DNA of 64,000 bases from the human T2T-CHM13v2.0 reference genome, Homo sapiens. The stretch is taken from NCBI RefSeq assembly GCF_009914755.1, contig NC_060933.1. One strand, 5' to 3'. How positions within the stretch are numbered: the first letter of the stretch is position 1; each line of letters begins with the position of its first letter. The notes beneath the pieces were generated by a model, which worked only from the letters and a program-made list of their open reading frames with translations, searched no databases and was not told the origin of the DNA. Below, in pieces: positions 31,573 to 49,680 of the stretch. The position numbers and the translations under genes are program-made.

Positions 31573-32031
31573 CATTAAAGGAAAAAATTATCCAAGTACT
31601 TGTTAAAGATGGGAAGGCAGACTAAATTCAAGAGGGGGCCATGGTGATAGACAAAGGGACCATTGAAATGAGGCGTTGCAGCAGGGGAGAGAGATTAGAC
31701 TCAACTCCAACAAGGACCAGTAGAGATTTACAACCAAGGAGTAGGGTGGCAGTCAGCAGATGGAAAATTACTAAGAGAAAACATCGAACATAAGGGTACA
31801 TGGCTAAACTGACTGGATAGGATTATTGCTGAAGGCAGGTCAGAATGGTGAGATATTGAGGGTGGTCAGACACACCAAGGTTGGGACATTTTTGATAAAC
31901 CAATTTAGAATAATTCTTGTTCAAACTGGATTCTAAAAGGACAGAGAGGGAAGCCCAAGACTGGGGCTAGTCAAACAGAGAACTCAGAAGAGACTGACTA
32001 AAGTTTTGGCCAAAGGAGAGAGTCTTTGTCA
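31573..32031 (-). mobile_element. MER31 solo LTR (ERV1)
   Basis: Minus strand starts tgacaaagactctctcctttggccaaaactttagtc. Confidence 0.8.
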
Positions 32032-32925
32032 TACGTAAGTCAACACTTGGTTTATACTAAGAGTAGGACCAATGATATATTTTATAAGTTACTTTGATCC
32101 AAGGAACACAGCGCTCTCATTCTGAGAAAAAACATTCCCATTAAGTGACCACCAGCTGGCTAAGTAGACAAGAAAGAGACCTCTTCTCACAACTATTTAG
32201 TTACCTGTTTGAAGCTTCAATATCAAGATTTATTCAGTGATACAGATAATCCCATATGGCAAGAATTTTCAACTGCCTTGGAAGGACATACTGATGTGTA
32301 ACAGATCAGTGGGTGAAAAAGGGGGCATGTTCACAGCTATGGGGCAGCGAATTGTGCATATCAGGAAACCTCTGTTATCTACCCAGTACCTGATATTTAA
32401 CAATACCCACTGGTAGAATGGTGTCCTCCCAGGGAGAGAATGGAAAATCTTTTTAAAAAGCCAGTTTGATCCTAGTCAAAATTTACAATGTGTTTTTCCT
32501 CAGATGATTTGTAGCTCTTCTTCATAGGCCTGAAAATCTGAAAATTAATTATTTTGAAGTGATGATATAAATTATGCATGAGTATCAATTGAATATTCAA
32601 GTATAATGAGTTTATAGAATACAAGAGAGTGTTTCTTTTGAGATGTTGCAATACTGCTATTGTTAGATTCAGGGCCCAGCTGATTGCTTATAGAAAGCCT
32701 TTGTGCAAATTTGAAAAAGTCACCCCCTCTGGGTGATGCAGCCCTGTGGGTACATGATTTGGCTAGTAGAGCTTGAACTGGGTCTTTGCTCCCTTTTGTT
32801 CCATTGGCTGGGTGCCTTTCTGCAATGCACAAACTGTGCTTCCCTCAACAGCAGCCCCAGTTGCTATTGGAAATGTGTGCCAGCAGAAAAGATGTAAAGG
32901 CTTGAAGTGCTCGCATTGGTTGTTA

Positions 32926-33374
<449 letters not shown>

Positions 33375-33994
33375 TCATGATAGAGAATTGAGATCTGTCA
33401 CAGTGGATATATTTCCCGAAAAAAGGACAGCTGGTGAGGGCACACTTCCTTAGCCAGAGGCAAACAACTCAACATCTGGGAAACTTAGATTTTTGGCACC
33501 AGAATTGCCTCATTTGCCACCTGTTGCAGTGACACAGGAAGAGAAAAGCTGTGTTGTGTTGGGTGTGGCTTTAAAACTCTTTATACATGCCTAGATGGAC
33601 TGGAATTTAGGAGTGGTGAGTGTTAGCAATAAAAAGTATATGGGTTTCAATGTCAATTTTCCTTCCTAGAACCATTATAATGCCACAGCAGTGAAAGCAG
33701 AACCACAGGAATGAATCTAATTCTGAGTTTCTGGTTTCAGGACACAATGGAGTACACACACATCTTCTTATTTCTCCTGCTAAGTACAGCTAGAGGCCCT
33801 GGATATTGTATATAAAACAGGTATAAGAAGTTTCTAAAAGGGAGAGAGAAGATGGGCTCGGCTAGATATCATGGATTTTCTTCTTGCTTCATATAGCCCA
33901 AACTGGGTGCTAGAGAAATGGGCAATTAGAAAATGCTAACAGGTGCAGACAAAAAAGGCCTAATAAAAGTCTGCTCTCTCTAACTACAGGACAA

Positions 33995-34826
<832 letters not shown>

Positions 34827-35075
34827 TTTTTTAAAACAACTACCCCAGCCAAATACCACTGAAAAAAAATGTGACCCATTCATAACCTGCACCAAAAGCC
34901 AAGAGGGAGCCTAGATTTATGTTCTTGCCCAGTTACAACAAAGCAACCCCCTTCTCCTCCCCCTGTTCATGGTGTTAGAGAAGACCAAGTGGGGAGTTGG
35001 GACTTTTATCCCCACCTTAAGTAATGGGAACACTCCCCAACTTCTGCTCAAGGTGTCAGTAAAGATCATGTGGGG

Positions 35076-37888
35076 TAATAAAAAGCTCCCAGTAAGGAAG
35101 AGTGCAGGTCCTGATGGCTTCACTGCTGAATTATACCAAACATTTAAAGAACTATTACCAATACTACTCAAACTATTCTGAAAAATAGAGGAAGAGAGAA
35201 TACTTCTAAACTCATTTTCTGAGGCCAGCGTTACCTTGATACCAAAACCAGACTAAGACACACCAAAAAAAAAAAAAAAAGAAAACTATAGGCCAATATC
35301 TCTGATGAATATTGATGCAGAAATCCTTAACAAAATGCTAGCAAACCAAATTCAACAACACATTAAAAACATCATTCACCATGACCAAGTGGGATTTATA
35401 CTTGGGATGCAAAGAAGTTTCAATGTATGCAAATGAATAGATGTGATACATCACATCAACAGAATGAAGGACAAAACCATATGACATTTCAGTTGATGCA
35501 AAAAAAGCATTTAATTAAATTCAACAACTCTTCAAGATAAAACCCTAAAAAACAAGGTATAGAAAGAAAATACCTCAACATAATAAAAGCCATATATAAC
35601 TGATGACAGATCCACAGCTAATATCATATTGAGTGGGGAAAACCGGAAGGCCTTTCCTCTAAGATCTGGAACATGACAAGTATGCCCATTTTCACCACCA
35701 TTATTCAACATAGTACTGGAAGCCCTAGCTAGAGCAATCAGACAAGAGAAAGAAATAAAGAGCATTCAAATTGGAAAGGAAGAAGTCAAATTATCCTTGT
35801 TGGTAGATGACATGATTTTATATTTCAAAAAACTTGAAGACTGCACCAAAAACTATTATAACTGATAAATTTAGTAATGTTGAAAGATACAAGATCAACT
35901 TACAAAAATCAGTAGCATTTCTATATGCCAACACGAACAATCTGGAAAAGAAATTTAAAAAGTAATCCCATTTACAGTAGCCACAAATGAAATTAAATAC
36001 TTAAGAATTGTGAACTGGAAGTATCTGAGACAGGTCTCAATTAATTTAGAAAGTTTATTTTGCCAAGGTTAAGGACATGCCTGTGACACAACCTCAGGAG
36101 GTCCTGATGACATGTACCTAAGGTGGCCAGGGTATAGCCTGCTTTTATACATTTTAGGAAGACATGAGACATCAATCAATATGTGCAAGATGTATATTGG
36201 TTCAGTCTAGAAAGGTGGGACAACTGGAAGTGGGGGCTTCCAGGTTATAGGTGGGTAAGACACAAATAGTTGCATTCTTTTTAGTCTTTGATCAGCCTTT
36301 CACTGAACACACAAGTTACATGTGAGAGGTGGGTAGAGGAATAGTCAATTATGCCTTAGTCTGGCTCAGTGAATCTACATTTTTTACATAAATAATAGAG
36401 CAGAGGAGGTAATCAGATATGTATTTGTCTCAGCTGAGCATCAGGATAACTTTTAGTTCTGTCCTTTGTCTCTCATCCGTGAAGATAAGCTATCAATTTA
36501 TATTACCAGGGTGAAATTCAACAGAACTGTTTTAGGGTCAAGATCTTGTGGGCAAATTTTGAGGGAGGTATGTAGCTTAAAAAAAAAATCTTGTAGCTAT
36601 CTTAATTAGGAATAAAATAGGAGATAGGTTTGTCTGACACAGTTCCCAGCTTGACTTTCCTGTTTGTCTTAGTGATTTTGGGGTCCCAAGACTGATTTTC
36701 CTTTCACAGAATTAACCAAAAAAGTGAAAAATCTTCACAATGAAAACTATAAAACACTGATAAAATAAATTGAAAGGAACACACACAAAAAAGAAAAGAT
36801 ATTCCATGTTCATGGATTGGAAAAATCAATATTGTTAAAATGTCCATACTATCTAAAGCAAACTACAGGTTCAATGCAATCCTTATCAAAATGCCAATGA
36901 TATTCTTCATAGAAGTAGAAAAAACAATTCTAAAATTTATATGGAACCATAAAAGACTCAGAATAGCTAACATTATCCTTAGCAAAAAGAATAAATTGGA
37001 GGAATCACATTACCTTACTTCAAAATATACTATAGAGCTATAGTAACCAAAACAGCATGGTACTGGTATAAAAACAGAGACAAGGACCAATGGAACAGAA
37101 TAGAGCACCCAGATATAAATCCATACATATACAGTGAACTCATTTTCAAGAAAAGTGCCAAGAACATACATTGGAGAAAGGACAGTTTTTTCAAAAAACG
37201 TTGCTGGGAAAATTGGATATCCATATACAGAAGAATGAAACTTGACCTCTATTTCTCATCATATACAAAAATCAAATCAAAATGGATTAAAGACTTAAAT
37301 CTCAGACGTCAAACTATGGAACTACTACAAGAAAACTTTGGAGAAACTCTCCAGGACATTGGTCTGGGCAAAATTTCTCAAGTAATATCCCACAAGCATA
37401 AACAGCCAAAGCAGAAATGGACAAATGGTATCACATCAAGTTAAAAAGTTTATTCACTGCAAAGGAAACAATTAACAAAGTGAAGGAACAACCCACAGAA
37501 TGGGAGAAAATACTTACAAACTCACAAAGGGTTAATAACCAGACTATATAAGGAGCTTAAACAACTCTATAGGAGAAAAATCTAATAATCTGATTTTAAA
37601 AAGGGCAAAGGATCTGCACAGACATTTCTCAAAGGAAGATGTACAAATGACAAAGAGACATATGAAAAAGTGCTCAACATCATTGATCATCAGAGAAATG
37701 CAAATCAAAACTACAATGAGATATCATCTCACCCCAGTTAAAATAGCTTTTATTCAAAAGACAGACAATAACAAATGCTGGCGAGGATGTAGAGAAAAGG
37801 GAACCCTCATACACTCTTTGTAGGAATGTAAATTAGTACAACCACCTTGGAGAACAGTTTGGAGGTTCCTCAAAAATCTAAAAATAGA
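35076..37888 (+). mobile_element. L1MA ORF2 (reverse transcriptase region), decayed
   Basis: [39 protein letters not shown] (FADD motif), YRFNAILIK; many stop codons. Confidence 0.92.
36009..36708 (-). mobile_element. MER4A-type solo LTR (ERV1) in L1
   Basis: TG...CA ends; 4-bp TSD gaat at 36005-36008 and 36709-36712. Confidence 0.88.
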
Positions 37889-38118
37889 CCCATCTAGATC
37901 CATGACTCATGACTCAACCAGTCCTGTGTCCCCCACCCAAAGGTGGACTCAGCACACAAGGATCATTTTCCATAACTCTATGATTTCACCCCCAACCAAT
38001 CAGCAGCACCCATCCCCTATCCCCCTGCCCACCAAATCACCCATAAAAACCCTAATCTTTGAGTTCTCAAGGAGGTTGATTTGAGAACTATCTTCCTGCT
38101 TTCCTTGCTTTACATTAA

Positions 38119-38338
38119 TCTTCCTTCCTTCCTTTCTTTCTTTCTTTCCTTTCTTTCTTTCCTTCCTTCTTCCTTTCTCTTTTTCTTTTCCTCTTTCTTT
38201 CTTTTTCTTTTTCTTTCTTTCTTCTTTCTTTCTTTTTCTTTCATTCCTTCCTTCCTTCTTCTTTTCTTCCTTTCTCTTTTTCTTTTTCTCTTTCTTTCTC
38301 TCTCTCTTTCTTTCTTTCTCTTTCTTTCTTTCTTTCTT
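38119..38338 (+). repeat. 220-bp polypyrimidine tract (AluJ tail)
   Basis: Only one purine (38243). Confidence 0.95.
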
Positions 38339-38617
<279 letters not shown>

Positions 38618-38691
38618 TACCTCTTTCTTTACAGCAATACTACTATTAGAGTGAATTGGTTCTATCTTTGCAGCAGACAAGGGTAATTACA

Positions 38692-39300
38692 GGAGCAATA
38701 GCAGAAGATAAAGGTCAAAGGAAAGAATCAAGGACCTTAAAGACAGAGCAATAGAAATTACCCAATCTAAACAACAGAATGAAAATACATTGGAAGAAAA
38801 TAAACAGAACCTCAGAGACCTGTGGGACTAAATAAAAGATACAATATTTATGTCATCAGAGTCCCAAAAAGAGAAGAAAAAGAAGATGGGGCTCAAAAAG
38901 TATTCAAAGAAATAAGGAGCTGGGAGCAGTGGTTCAAGCCTGTAATCCCAGTACTTTGGGAGGCTGAGGCAGGTGGGTCACTTGAGCCCAGGAGTTTGAC
39001 AGCAGCCTGGGCAACATGGCAAAGCCCTGTCTCTACAAGAAATACAAAAATTAGCCAGGCATGGTGGTACACACCTGTAGTCTCAGCTACTTGGGAGGCT
39101 GAGGCGGGAAGATTGCTTGAGCCCAGGGGGTGGAGGTAGCAGTGAGCCAAGATTGCATCACCTGGGTAAAAAGTGAGACCCTGCCTCAAAAAAAGAAAGA
39201 AAGAAAGAAAGAAAAACAACAGAAATAATTGCTAAAAATGTCATGCATTCGGCAACAGATGTAAACATAAATTTAAGAAACTGAGCCAACTCCAAATAGG
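38692..39300 (+). mobile_element. Old L1M ORF1 fragment split by AluJ
   Basis: aatagaaattacccaatctaaacaacaga, cctcagagacctgtggga. Confidence 0.75.
38917..39215 (+). mobile_element. AluJ
   Basis: Dimer; TSD agaaataa. Confidence 0.88.
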
Positions 39301-39340
39301 AGAATCTAGCACTGAGCCTTCCCTTTGTAGGGAGCTGTAA

Positions 39341-40140
<800 letters not shown>

Positions 40141-40536
40141 TTAGTGAAGCACCAAAGTGATTTGGGAGGTGATTTTTAAGGAGAGACTTTGATTTTCATA
40201 ACCTACCAGTATGACTCTTCATGGTTTTCAAATTTATTTATTTTCTATCCTCTGATCAGTTTGGCAGCAAAATTAGAGTGCAGGTATTTGAAAATGAATT
40301 CATTGTTATTTGTTTAATGTATTTAGCATTTAAAATGGTTTAAATTTAACGTCCTAGTGAAAATAAAATTCAGAATTATTAGTTTCATGTAAATACAATA
40401 ACCACATATACCATTAATTTCATCTGGAAATAAAACTGGCTTTTTTGTCAGCTTCTAGAATCAAATGGCCCAAACAGATGAGACTCCTCTGACAAACTTG
40501 AATATTTGTCAATGTGTATAGCAAAGAATGTTGCTA

Positions 40537-40960
<424 letters not shown>

Positions 40961-41267
40961 TTATCTCCTTTAGTTCTTATAGGAACCCAACAAGAAGACA
41001 TTAACTTCTTTATAGAGAACAAAGAGATTCAGAAAAATTAAGGTTTATGCTGGGTCCTTCCCAGCTGAAGCAGTCACACAACTGACACAAAAATCTGATA
41101 TTCTTTCCACTTAGGTATCTCATAAAGCATAGAAACTTCATCTCATTTTGAGGTCTTAGCTACCAATGTATGGGGGAAAATATCACCTGACTTTATGTCA
41201 ATCAAACTAAAATCTTTTCTTAAGTGATGCAGAGTATAAATGAGAACATGTAGTGTTCAATAATAAG

Positions 41268-41591
41268 TTTTTTTTTTGTTTTTTTTGTTTTTGTTTTTTT
41301 TTTAGAGACGGAGTCTCGCTCTGTCACCCAGGCTGCTGGAGTGCGGTGGCGCGATCTCGGCTCACGGCAAGCTCCGCCTCCCGGGGTCACGCCATTCTCC
41401 TGCCTCAGCCTCCTGAGTAGCTGGGACTACAGGCGCCCGCCACCACGCCCGGCTAATTTTTGTATTTTTAGTAGAGACGGGGTTTCACCATATTGGCCAG
41501 GCTGGTCTTGAACTCTTGACCTCGTGATCCGCCTGCCTTGGCCTCCCAAAGTGCTGGGATTACTTGCAGGTGTGAGCCACCGCGACAGGCC
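41268..41591 (-). mobile_element. Alu with Y-type right arm and S-type left arm
   Basis: gcaagctcc/cacgccattc versus ttggccaggctggtcttgaactc. Confidence 0.85.
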
Positions 41592-41598
41592 AGAATAA

Positions 41599-41917
<319 letters not shown>

Positions 41918-43404
41918 TCAAAGTTATGTCTTATTCAATATTTAATTGGTTCAAAGATCGCTCTTCTTGATTATTTTCCCTCATTTTAACATATGCACCA
42001 GGCACAAGAATGGTCCCTGTTCAGTTTTACTCTAATCTCATCAATGAGAAAATTGATGAGGTGTTTCCGAGACTTTAACTGTTACGTTTTTCCTCCAAGC
42101 CCCAAAAATCAACCTCTCACTGTGATCCTTACTTTACACCCAGAATACTCCCTTACACTTTCAATTAAATACCTGGTGAACAGTTACTCCAAATAAGTCT
42201 TTGTATACAGCGTGTAAGACCTTCTGGGAAGGTACATATTTATCTTGTCCTTCTTTCCCTAGCCAGTCAAAAAGGCCGATCTAAGCAAAAATCGATTGAG
42301 CAAAAATATATCAATCCATTAACTTCCCTTCCCCCAAGAATAAAAAAAATCAGAACAGCATCCTTTCTATGTCTATTTTTTTTTCTTCTTTTTTCCTTTT
42401 CTCTCGACACTCTTCCCTTATCCAAATAAGTTTTGCCATTTAGTATTTTCCTGGTGTTTATCTCCTGCCCCACTCCCACACCCCATTTGATTGCAAGAAT
42501 ATGAGAATAGTCTATAATCCTCAGGGTATGTGCAAAACACTTTCAGCATGGGTTCAGTTAGTTTTGTACCTTGTTCACAAGAGAAAATCTGGGAAAGCCT
42601 TTAGTCCCTTCCAAGACAGTGTGACTTGAATCTGAGAAGGCTGTGGCAAACAGTTTGATTTGAATTTGATTTTATTTTTTGGCATCTTCTTCAGAATCTC
42701 TTTGTTCTCTGAAGTTGTGTTTAACAATGCTATGCCTTAGGCATGGTCAGTTGTGTTTGAATTAAAAATATAATGTAATTCAATGTCACATTGACATGAT
42801 AGTGAAAAGGGAATATCCTTGCATGCTCTCTTACTTTATTCATCCACCAAATTGAAGTCTGGCAGTAGAAAAAAAATGTATTATCCTGGCAATGTGCCTA
42901 ATACATGCTTCTTACAATATGTTTTTTGGGGTACCCCAGATTCAGTCAGTTAATTTAAATAAATAAAATCTGACTAGCCCCACCCTATCCAACACTGCTG
43001 TGTTAGAGCAAGTTGGACACTCTTTAACTTCTTGATGAATCCCAGTTACTTCTTGATAGATTTCACTTTTCAACATGCGATAGTAAGCATGAGTTATTTA
43101 GTGGTTGCTGTTTATTTTTATTTTCCAAGTTAGAATGATATAACAGCTTGGTAAAATTATCTATTGTTGACTTAGTAGGGGAAAGTTTGAAGGGGATTCA
43201 CAAGGAGAGGGAAGAAGAGGAAGAATGGGAGAGATGAAGGGTAAAAGTGAGAGGCTAATGATGAAACACATGTTTTTTCATATGTGGAAAGAAGAGAAAA
43301 CAGCTATAGAGACTAGTATAGAACATAAGCAAAAACTTCCTAATACAAATTAAGTTCCTTCAGCAGCAAACGTGTTTCCTTTTTTATTCTTATCAAAAAG
43401 CATC

Positions 43405-43550
43405 AGCCAGGCATGGTGGCTCACACCTGTAATCCCAGCTACTTGGGAGGCTGAGACGGGAGGATCACATGAAGCCAGGAGTCCAAAACCAACCTGGACA
43501 ACATAGCAAGACCTTGTCTCTAAAAAAAAAAAAAAAAAAGACAAAAAACA
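43405..43550 (+). mobile_element. FLAM_A
   Basis: Monomer with A tail. Confidence 0.82.
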
Positions 43551-43673
43551 ATTTGAAAAGCCCCAATGCTTTCTTAACAGGCAAGTAGAATAGCTGACTA
43601 ATCCAAATACAAAATAGATCATTATGGTTGCACATGACGTCAAGGTGAAAATATTTAAGAGCCTACCTGCAGA

Positions 43674-43812
43674 GGCTGGGTGCAGTGGCTCACATCTGTA
43701 ATCTCAGCATTTTAGGAGGCTAAGGTGGGAGGATCACTTTAGCTCAGGAGTTCAAGACCAGCCTGAGCAACATAGCAAGACCCTGTCTCTAAAAAAAAAA
43801 CAGAAAAAAAAT
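43674..43812 (+). mobile_element. FLAM_C
   Basis: Monomer; ctgcag on both flanks. Confidence 0.85.
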
Positions 43813-43933
43813 GTCTGCAGCATTTTTGTATAAATCCCATTCCTCCCCACATCCTGTGATATCATAATGTAAGTTGGTTCTACAATCTCTAAAATGGAGT
43901 GGCTTAGGGCCAAAAATTTTTTTTCAGATCTGT

Positions 43934-44238
43934 GTTTTCTTTTTTTTTTTTTTTGAGACAGAGTCTCACTCTGTTGCCCAGGCTGGAGTGCAGTAGCGCA
44001 ATCACAGCTCACTGCAAGCTCCGCCTCCCGGGTTCAAGTGATTCTTCCTTCCTCAGCCTCCTGAGTAGCTGGGATTACAGGCATGTGCCACCATGCCCGG
44101 CTAATTTTGTATTTTTAGTAGAGACAGGGTTTCACCATGTTGGCTAGGCTGGTCTTGAACTCCTGACCTCAGGTGATCCACCCCTCTTGGCCTCCCAAAG
44201 TGCTGGAATTACAGGCATGAGCTACCGCGCCCGTCCCA
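43934..44238 (-). mobile_element. AluS
   Basis: TSD cagatctg. Confidence 0.88.
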
Positions 44239-44519
44239 GATCTGCATTTTCTTGAATGATTTATACTAGAGAGTTGACTGTTATCTTGAGAATGCTTAGA
44301 TTGAACTGTTTTAGAGAAATTCAGTATTTTCTGGGTTACCTCACTTTTTCTGTAGATATTCCACAGCAAATGATGTATCAGACCACTTTTTCCTGTCTTC
44401 ATGTGCTATTAGATTGTATGTGATCATGGTACACAATATCATACTTAAATGAAGTGGTAAGGTATATTGAAGTGGAAGGTAAATTGCTTGCCCAATTTAT
44501 GTCTTTATAGTTTAGATTG

Positions 44520-45560
44520 TCTTCTCATGTTGTTTTCCCTTAAATTCTTGAACATGTTTATAACTGTTTTCTTGCTAGCTAATTTCATAATTTCTGTCAT
44601 TTTTAGTTCTGTTCCTATGATTTTTCTACTGGATAGGGTTGCAATTTCTCACTTTTTTGTATGTCCACTAATTTTTGATTGGGTGCTGGACATTATGTAT
44701 GTGACACTGTATAGTGTTGAGATTTTGTTGTCCTCTTTTAAAAATGTTGAAATTAGTTTTGGCAGGCAGTTGCTACTTTCAGATCATCTTGCTTCTTTTG
44801 AAGCCTCATTTAAAATTTTGTTATATTGAGTTTAGTGTTGCCTTTATCCTAGGACCAATACAGCAGTACTACTAAGGTATAAACCTCCTCAGATCCCCTC
44901 TGATGGCCATAAATATTCAGAAAAGTCTTTCTGCCCTGGGTGGACAGAATTCAAATGTCCCCAAGCCCTGTGTGAACTCTTCCTTTACATGCTGGCCTTG
45001 TGGAGTTTCACCCTATGCACACAGAGTGACAGTATGCAGCCAAGAAATCAAGGAGGTCCTTGTGAGATTTTCTGAGTTCTTTCCCTGTAGTTTGCTCCCC
45101 TACAGTTTTCTGCCCTGGAAATTTTACCTGCCTCAGACTCACCAAACTAGAATTTCTATCTCCTCATCCTAATGAAATGATAGTCCATTTGAGTTTTCTC
45201 TCCCTGTGTCACAGTCCAAAAATTGCCTCCAGGTAGCATTGCTGGATTTAACAAATAAGAATACAACATTGTATTGTATACATACTTATATTAAAAATTA
45301 TTCATTATAATCTGAAATGTGTTGTATATGTGAAATTTAACTAGATGTTCCTGTATTACGTCTCACAACCCCACCTCAAGACCAAAAGCCAGGACAATTG
45401 TAGGGCTCATTTTAATCATATCACTTCTCTCAGGAATCAAAATGTTGAATATACTGTGATTCCAGTGTGTCTGAAAACAGTTGTTTCATATATGTTTTAC
45501 AGTTTTCTAGTTGTTTATAGTGGGAGGGTAATTCTGCACCAGTCATTCCTTCTTGCCTAG
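44520..45560 (-). mobile_element. Ancient L1M (5'/ORF1 region)
   Basis: aatttttgattgggtgctggacatt, aaaacagttgtttcatatatgtttt. Confidence 0.65.
45234..45372. mobile_element. MER53 palindromic MITE remnant
   Basis: gatttaacaaataagaatac...catacttatattaaaaattattc...cctgtatt. Confidence 0.7.
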
Positions 45561-45895
45561 AAATTGAAGTCCATAGTACATCTTTAAATTTAAAGAAAGC
45601 AAGCAAACAAATAGGATAGCTGGAATTGTTCAGGGAATTATTGAAGAAAATAATAAATAAATGTGTCACTTCTATTCATCCTGGGGTATGCTACATAGAA
45701 TTGTCTGTTTGAGAAAGAGCTAAATTATAATTCAGAGCATCTGCCTTTAATTCAATATTCTTATTTGAAATCACCATTTCTCTTCTGCTTTATGGTCTCA
45801 TCAGGCTTTAAATGTACCTTAGTTTCAGCTGCTCTGAAGAATGTCAACCTCTCTGGGAAGCCACAATTTATGCCTGGTGAATTCTGTGCAGGTCA

Positions 45896-46343
<448 letters not shown>

Positions 46344-46462
46344 TCAAATAGTGTTCATCAAACAATAGTTATATAGCATGGCAGAAAGAACTCAGGCCTG
46401 GTGAGGATGAGAAGGCAACTATTATTTATTGAGTATTTGCTATATGTCAAGTGTTACACATT

Positions 46463-47093
<631 letters not shown>

Positions 47094-47769
47094 TCACCTT
47101 TTTCTTCATAGTTTATTTTCCAAACAAGTCTACAAGGTGCATATTAGAATGCAAAGTCTAAAGATAGAAAAAAAAAACTCAGATTACATAAATAACAAGT
47201 CCACATTTACCCAGAGAACAAGTAATGAAACTAATTCTATGTATCTCCTTGCTTTTCTACTTACATTCTTATACCTTTGGCTTAAGCCAAGTTTTTGCCT
47301 TAATATTATATGGTCTTGGACCAAAACCTGACCATTCCCACCCTGGACTGTCCTTCCAGCTGTCAAGTTGGGAACATGAATTACTTAATCCCAGGGTCTC
47401 TTTTGGATATAGCAGTCTCTGCTGTCCACTGCCTGGTGCTTAAAATTATGATACCACCAAATTTGCTTTGTTCAAATCTCCACCATCAAGGAAATACAAT
47501 AAAGAGAATGTGTGTAGTGGATTGACTTATTGGTTTTTTGACAGAGAACAGTAACTTACTGTAAAATTACCTGTTTTGTTTTTCTCAGCTTTAGACTTGA
47601 GAGTTACTCACCACCACTCTTGTCCCAGAAGGATAACCAAGTCTTTGTCTCATTGATGGTTTTATCCCTGAGGACGATGTAGATCTTTATTTTCAAATGA
47701 TTCATTATGGAGATTAAAAGTGGAAATAATGAAGGACTACTTCAAAGGTAGAAGAGGGAAATATTCCCA

Positions 47770-48348
<579 letters not shown>

Positions 48349-48649
48349 TGAAAATATTTCTGAAATCTGGGAGAAAAGTTGTAGGCTTATAAGTTTCAGA
48401 GGACTGAATTTATGGGTTGTTTATGGGGAAAACTGCAGGGATGTTATTGAGACCAGGTACTAAGCACCTTGGCCTTCAGGGCTCAGCAAAGTTCCTCATA
48501 ATGGGGCACCAGCAGAATAGAGCCACTAGTACAACCACCAGCCTTTGAGTGGACTGAGAAGTGATTTCTGAGTAACCACAGACTGAGGACTAAGACTTCC
48601 CTATTTTCTTTAACTAAGGAGGAAAGAGGATTGAGTTCTAAAGACTGTT

Positions 48650-49022
48650 ACATTTGGTCCTACATATTCATGAGTTAGGCATCTATGGATGCATAGACAA
48701 TTCATAGATAGACAATCTGTATGGATTCATATGGATAGACAATACTCAGAAAAATTTCCAGAGTTAGAAAAAGTAAAATTTGAATATGTTGCAGACCAAG
48801 TACCACGTTAAATCGCATGAATGAAAGACACATGAATGAATATATAGGCATTGTAATAGGTATTGTAAGTAATTTAGACACGATTTAAAGTATACGGGAG
48901 GATATGCATAGGTGACATGCAATATCACCCTATTTTATATAAGGGACTTGAGCATCTATGAATTTTGGTATCTGAGGGAGCTCCTGAAACCAATTCCCCA
49001 AGGATACCAATGGATGAATGTA
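48650..49022. mobile_element. MER2/MER2B
   Basis: aagggacttgagcatctatgaattttggtatc...ccaattccccaaggatacc. Confidence 0.82.
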
Positions 49023-49239
49023 TTTGACTTTAGCAACTGGGCTTCAGACCAAAATCTGGTTGTCATGGAGAAATGTATACCCATTATATACAAATAGTTA
49101 ATACTTTCCAATACGATAAGCAAAGAGATTCTATGATATACCTCTGTGGCAGGGTAGGAAAAAATGATTTTAGAAACTGGCATAGTTCTTAGGGAATGTT
49201 CTATATCTTGCCCTCTCCCCAGTAAATCTCTCTCCATGA

Positions 49240-49680
49240 AGCTAGATGAAATTGTATGTACAAGAGATTTATTGGGAGAGGGTAAGCTGTAAAAAGTAAA
49301 TGGAGAGGGCAGAGTAGGGAAGAAAAGCCTTCAGATTGTGACGAAGTTATGATATCTCTGAAAGGAGAGCAGAGCTAAATTTGTAGGATGGGCCTCGGAC
49401 TGCAACACAGTTCTGAGAAAGTCTGGCCAGGTCAATGGGGAGTCCCTGGGCAAATTTCCCATGGGACTTCTATAGAGAAGTCCCCATCCAGCAAGAATGG
49501 CTCCCTCTAGTAGCCTTACTATGTGTAGTTACTGGCTGGGAGCATCCCAGGGGAAGCACAATCTCAATGTGATAGCCATAGAAGAAATAAGTTTGGCAGC
49601 TGGAAGCTGTCAGTCAGCTCTGCTCCTGAAGCAAGTGCCTTCAAGGGACATCCGAGAGGTGCACCTCCATGTCTGCCATT
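49240..49680 (-). mobile_element. ERVL LTR (LTR33-like)
   Basis: caagagatttattgggaga, gttctgagaaagtctggccagg, tggcagctggaagctgtcag. Confidence 0.65.

Noticed and set aside
33505-33530. CTCF-like GCAACAGGTGGCA (-), and a similar motif near 15003
   Set aside because: Two mismatches at informative positions; too weak without data.
34969-37444. Reverse-transcriptase-like ORFs as an active or novel retroelement
   Set aside because: Fragments of a decayed L1MA ORF2 with stops, frameshifts and an LTR insertion.
44467-44829. Hydrophobic 120-aa ORF resembling a membrane protein
   Set aside because: T-rich antisense strand of an ancient L1.
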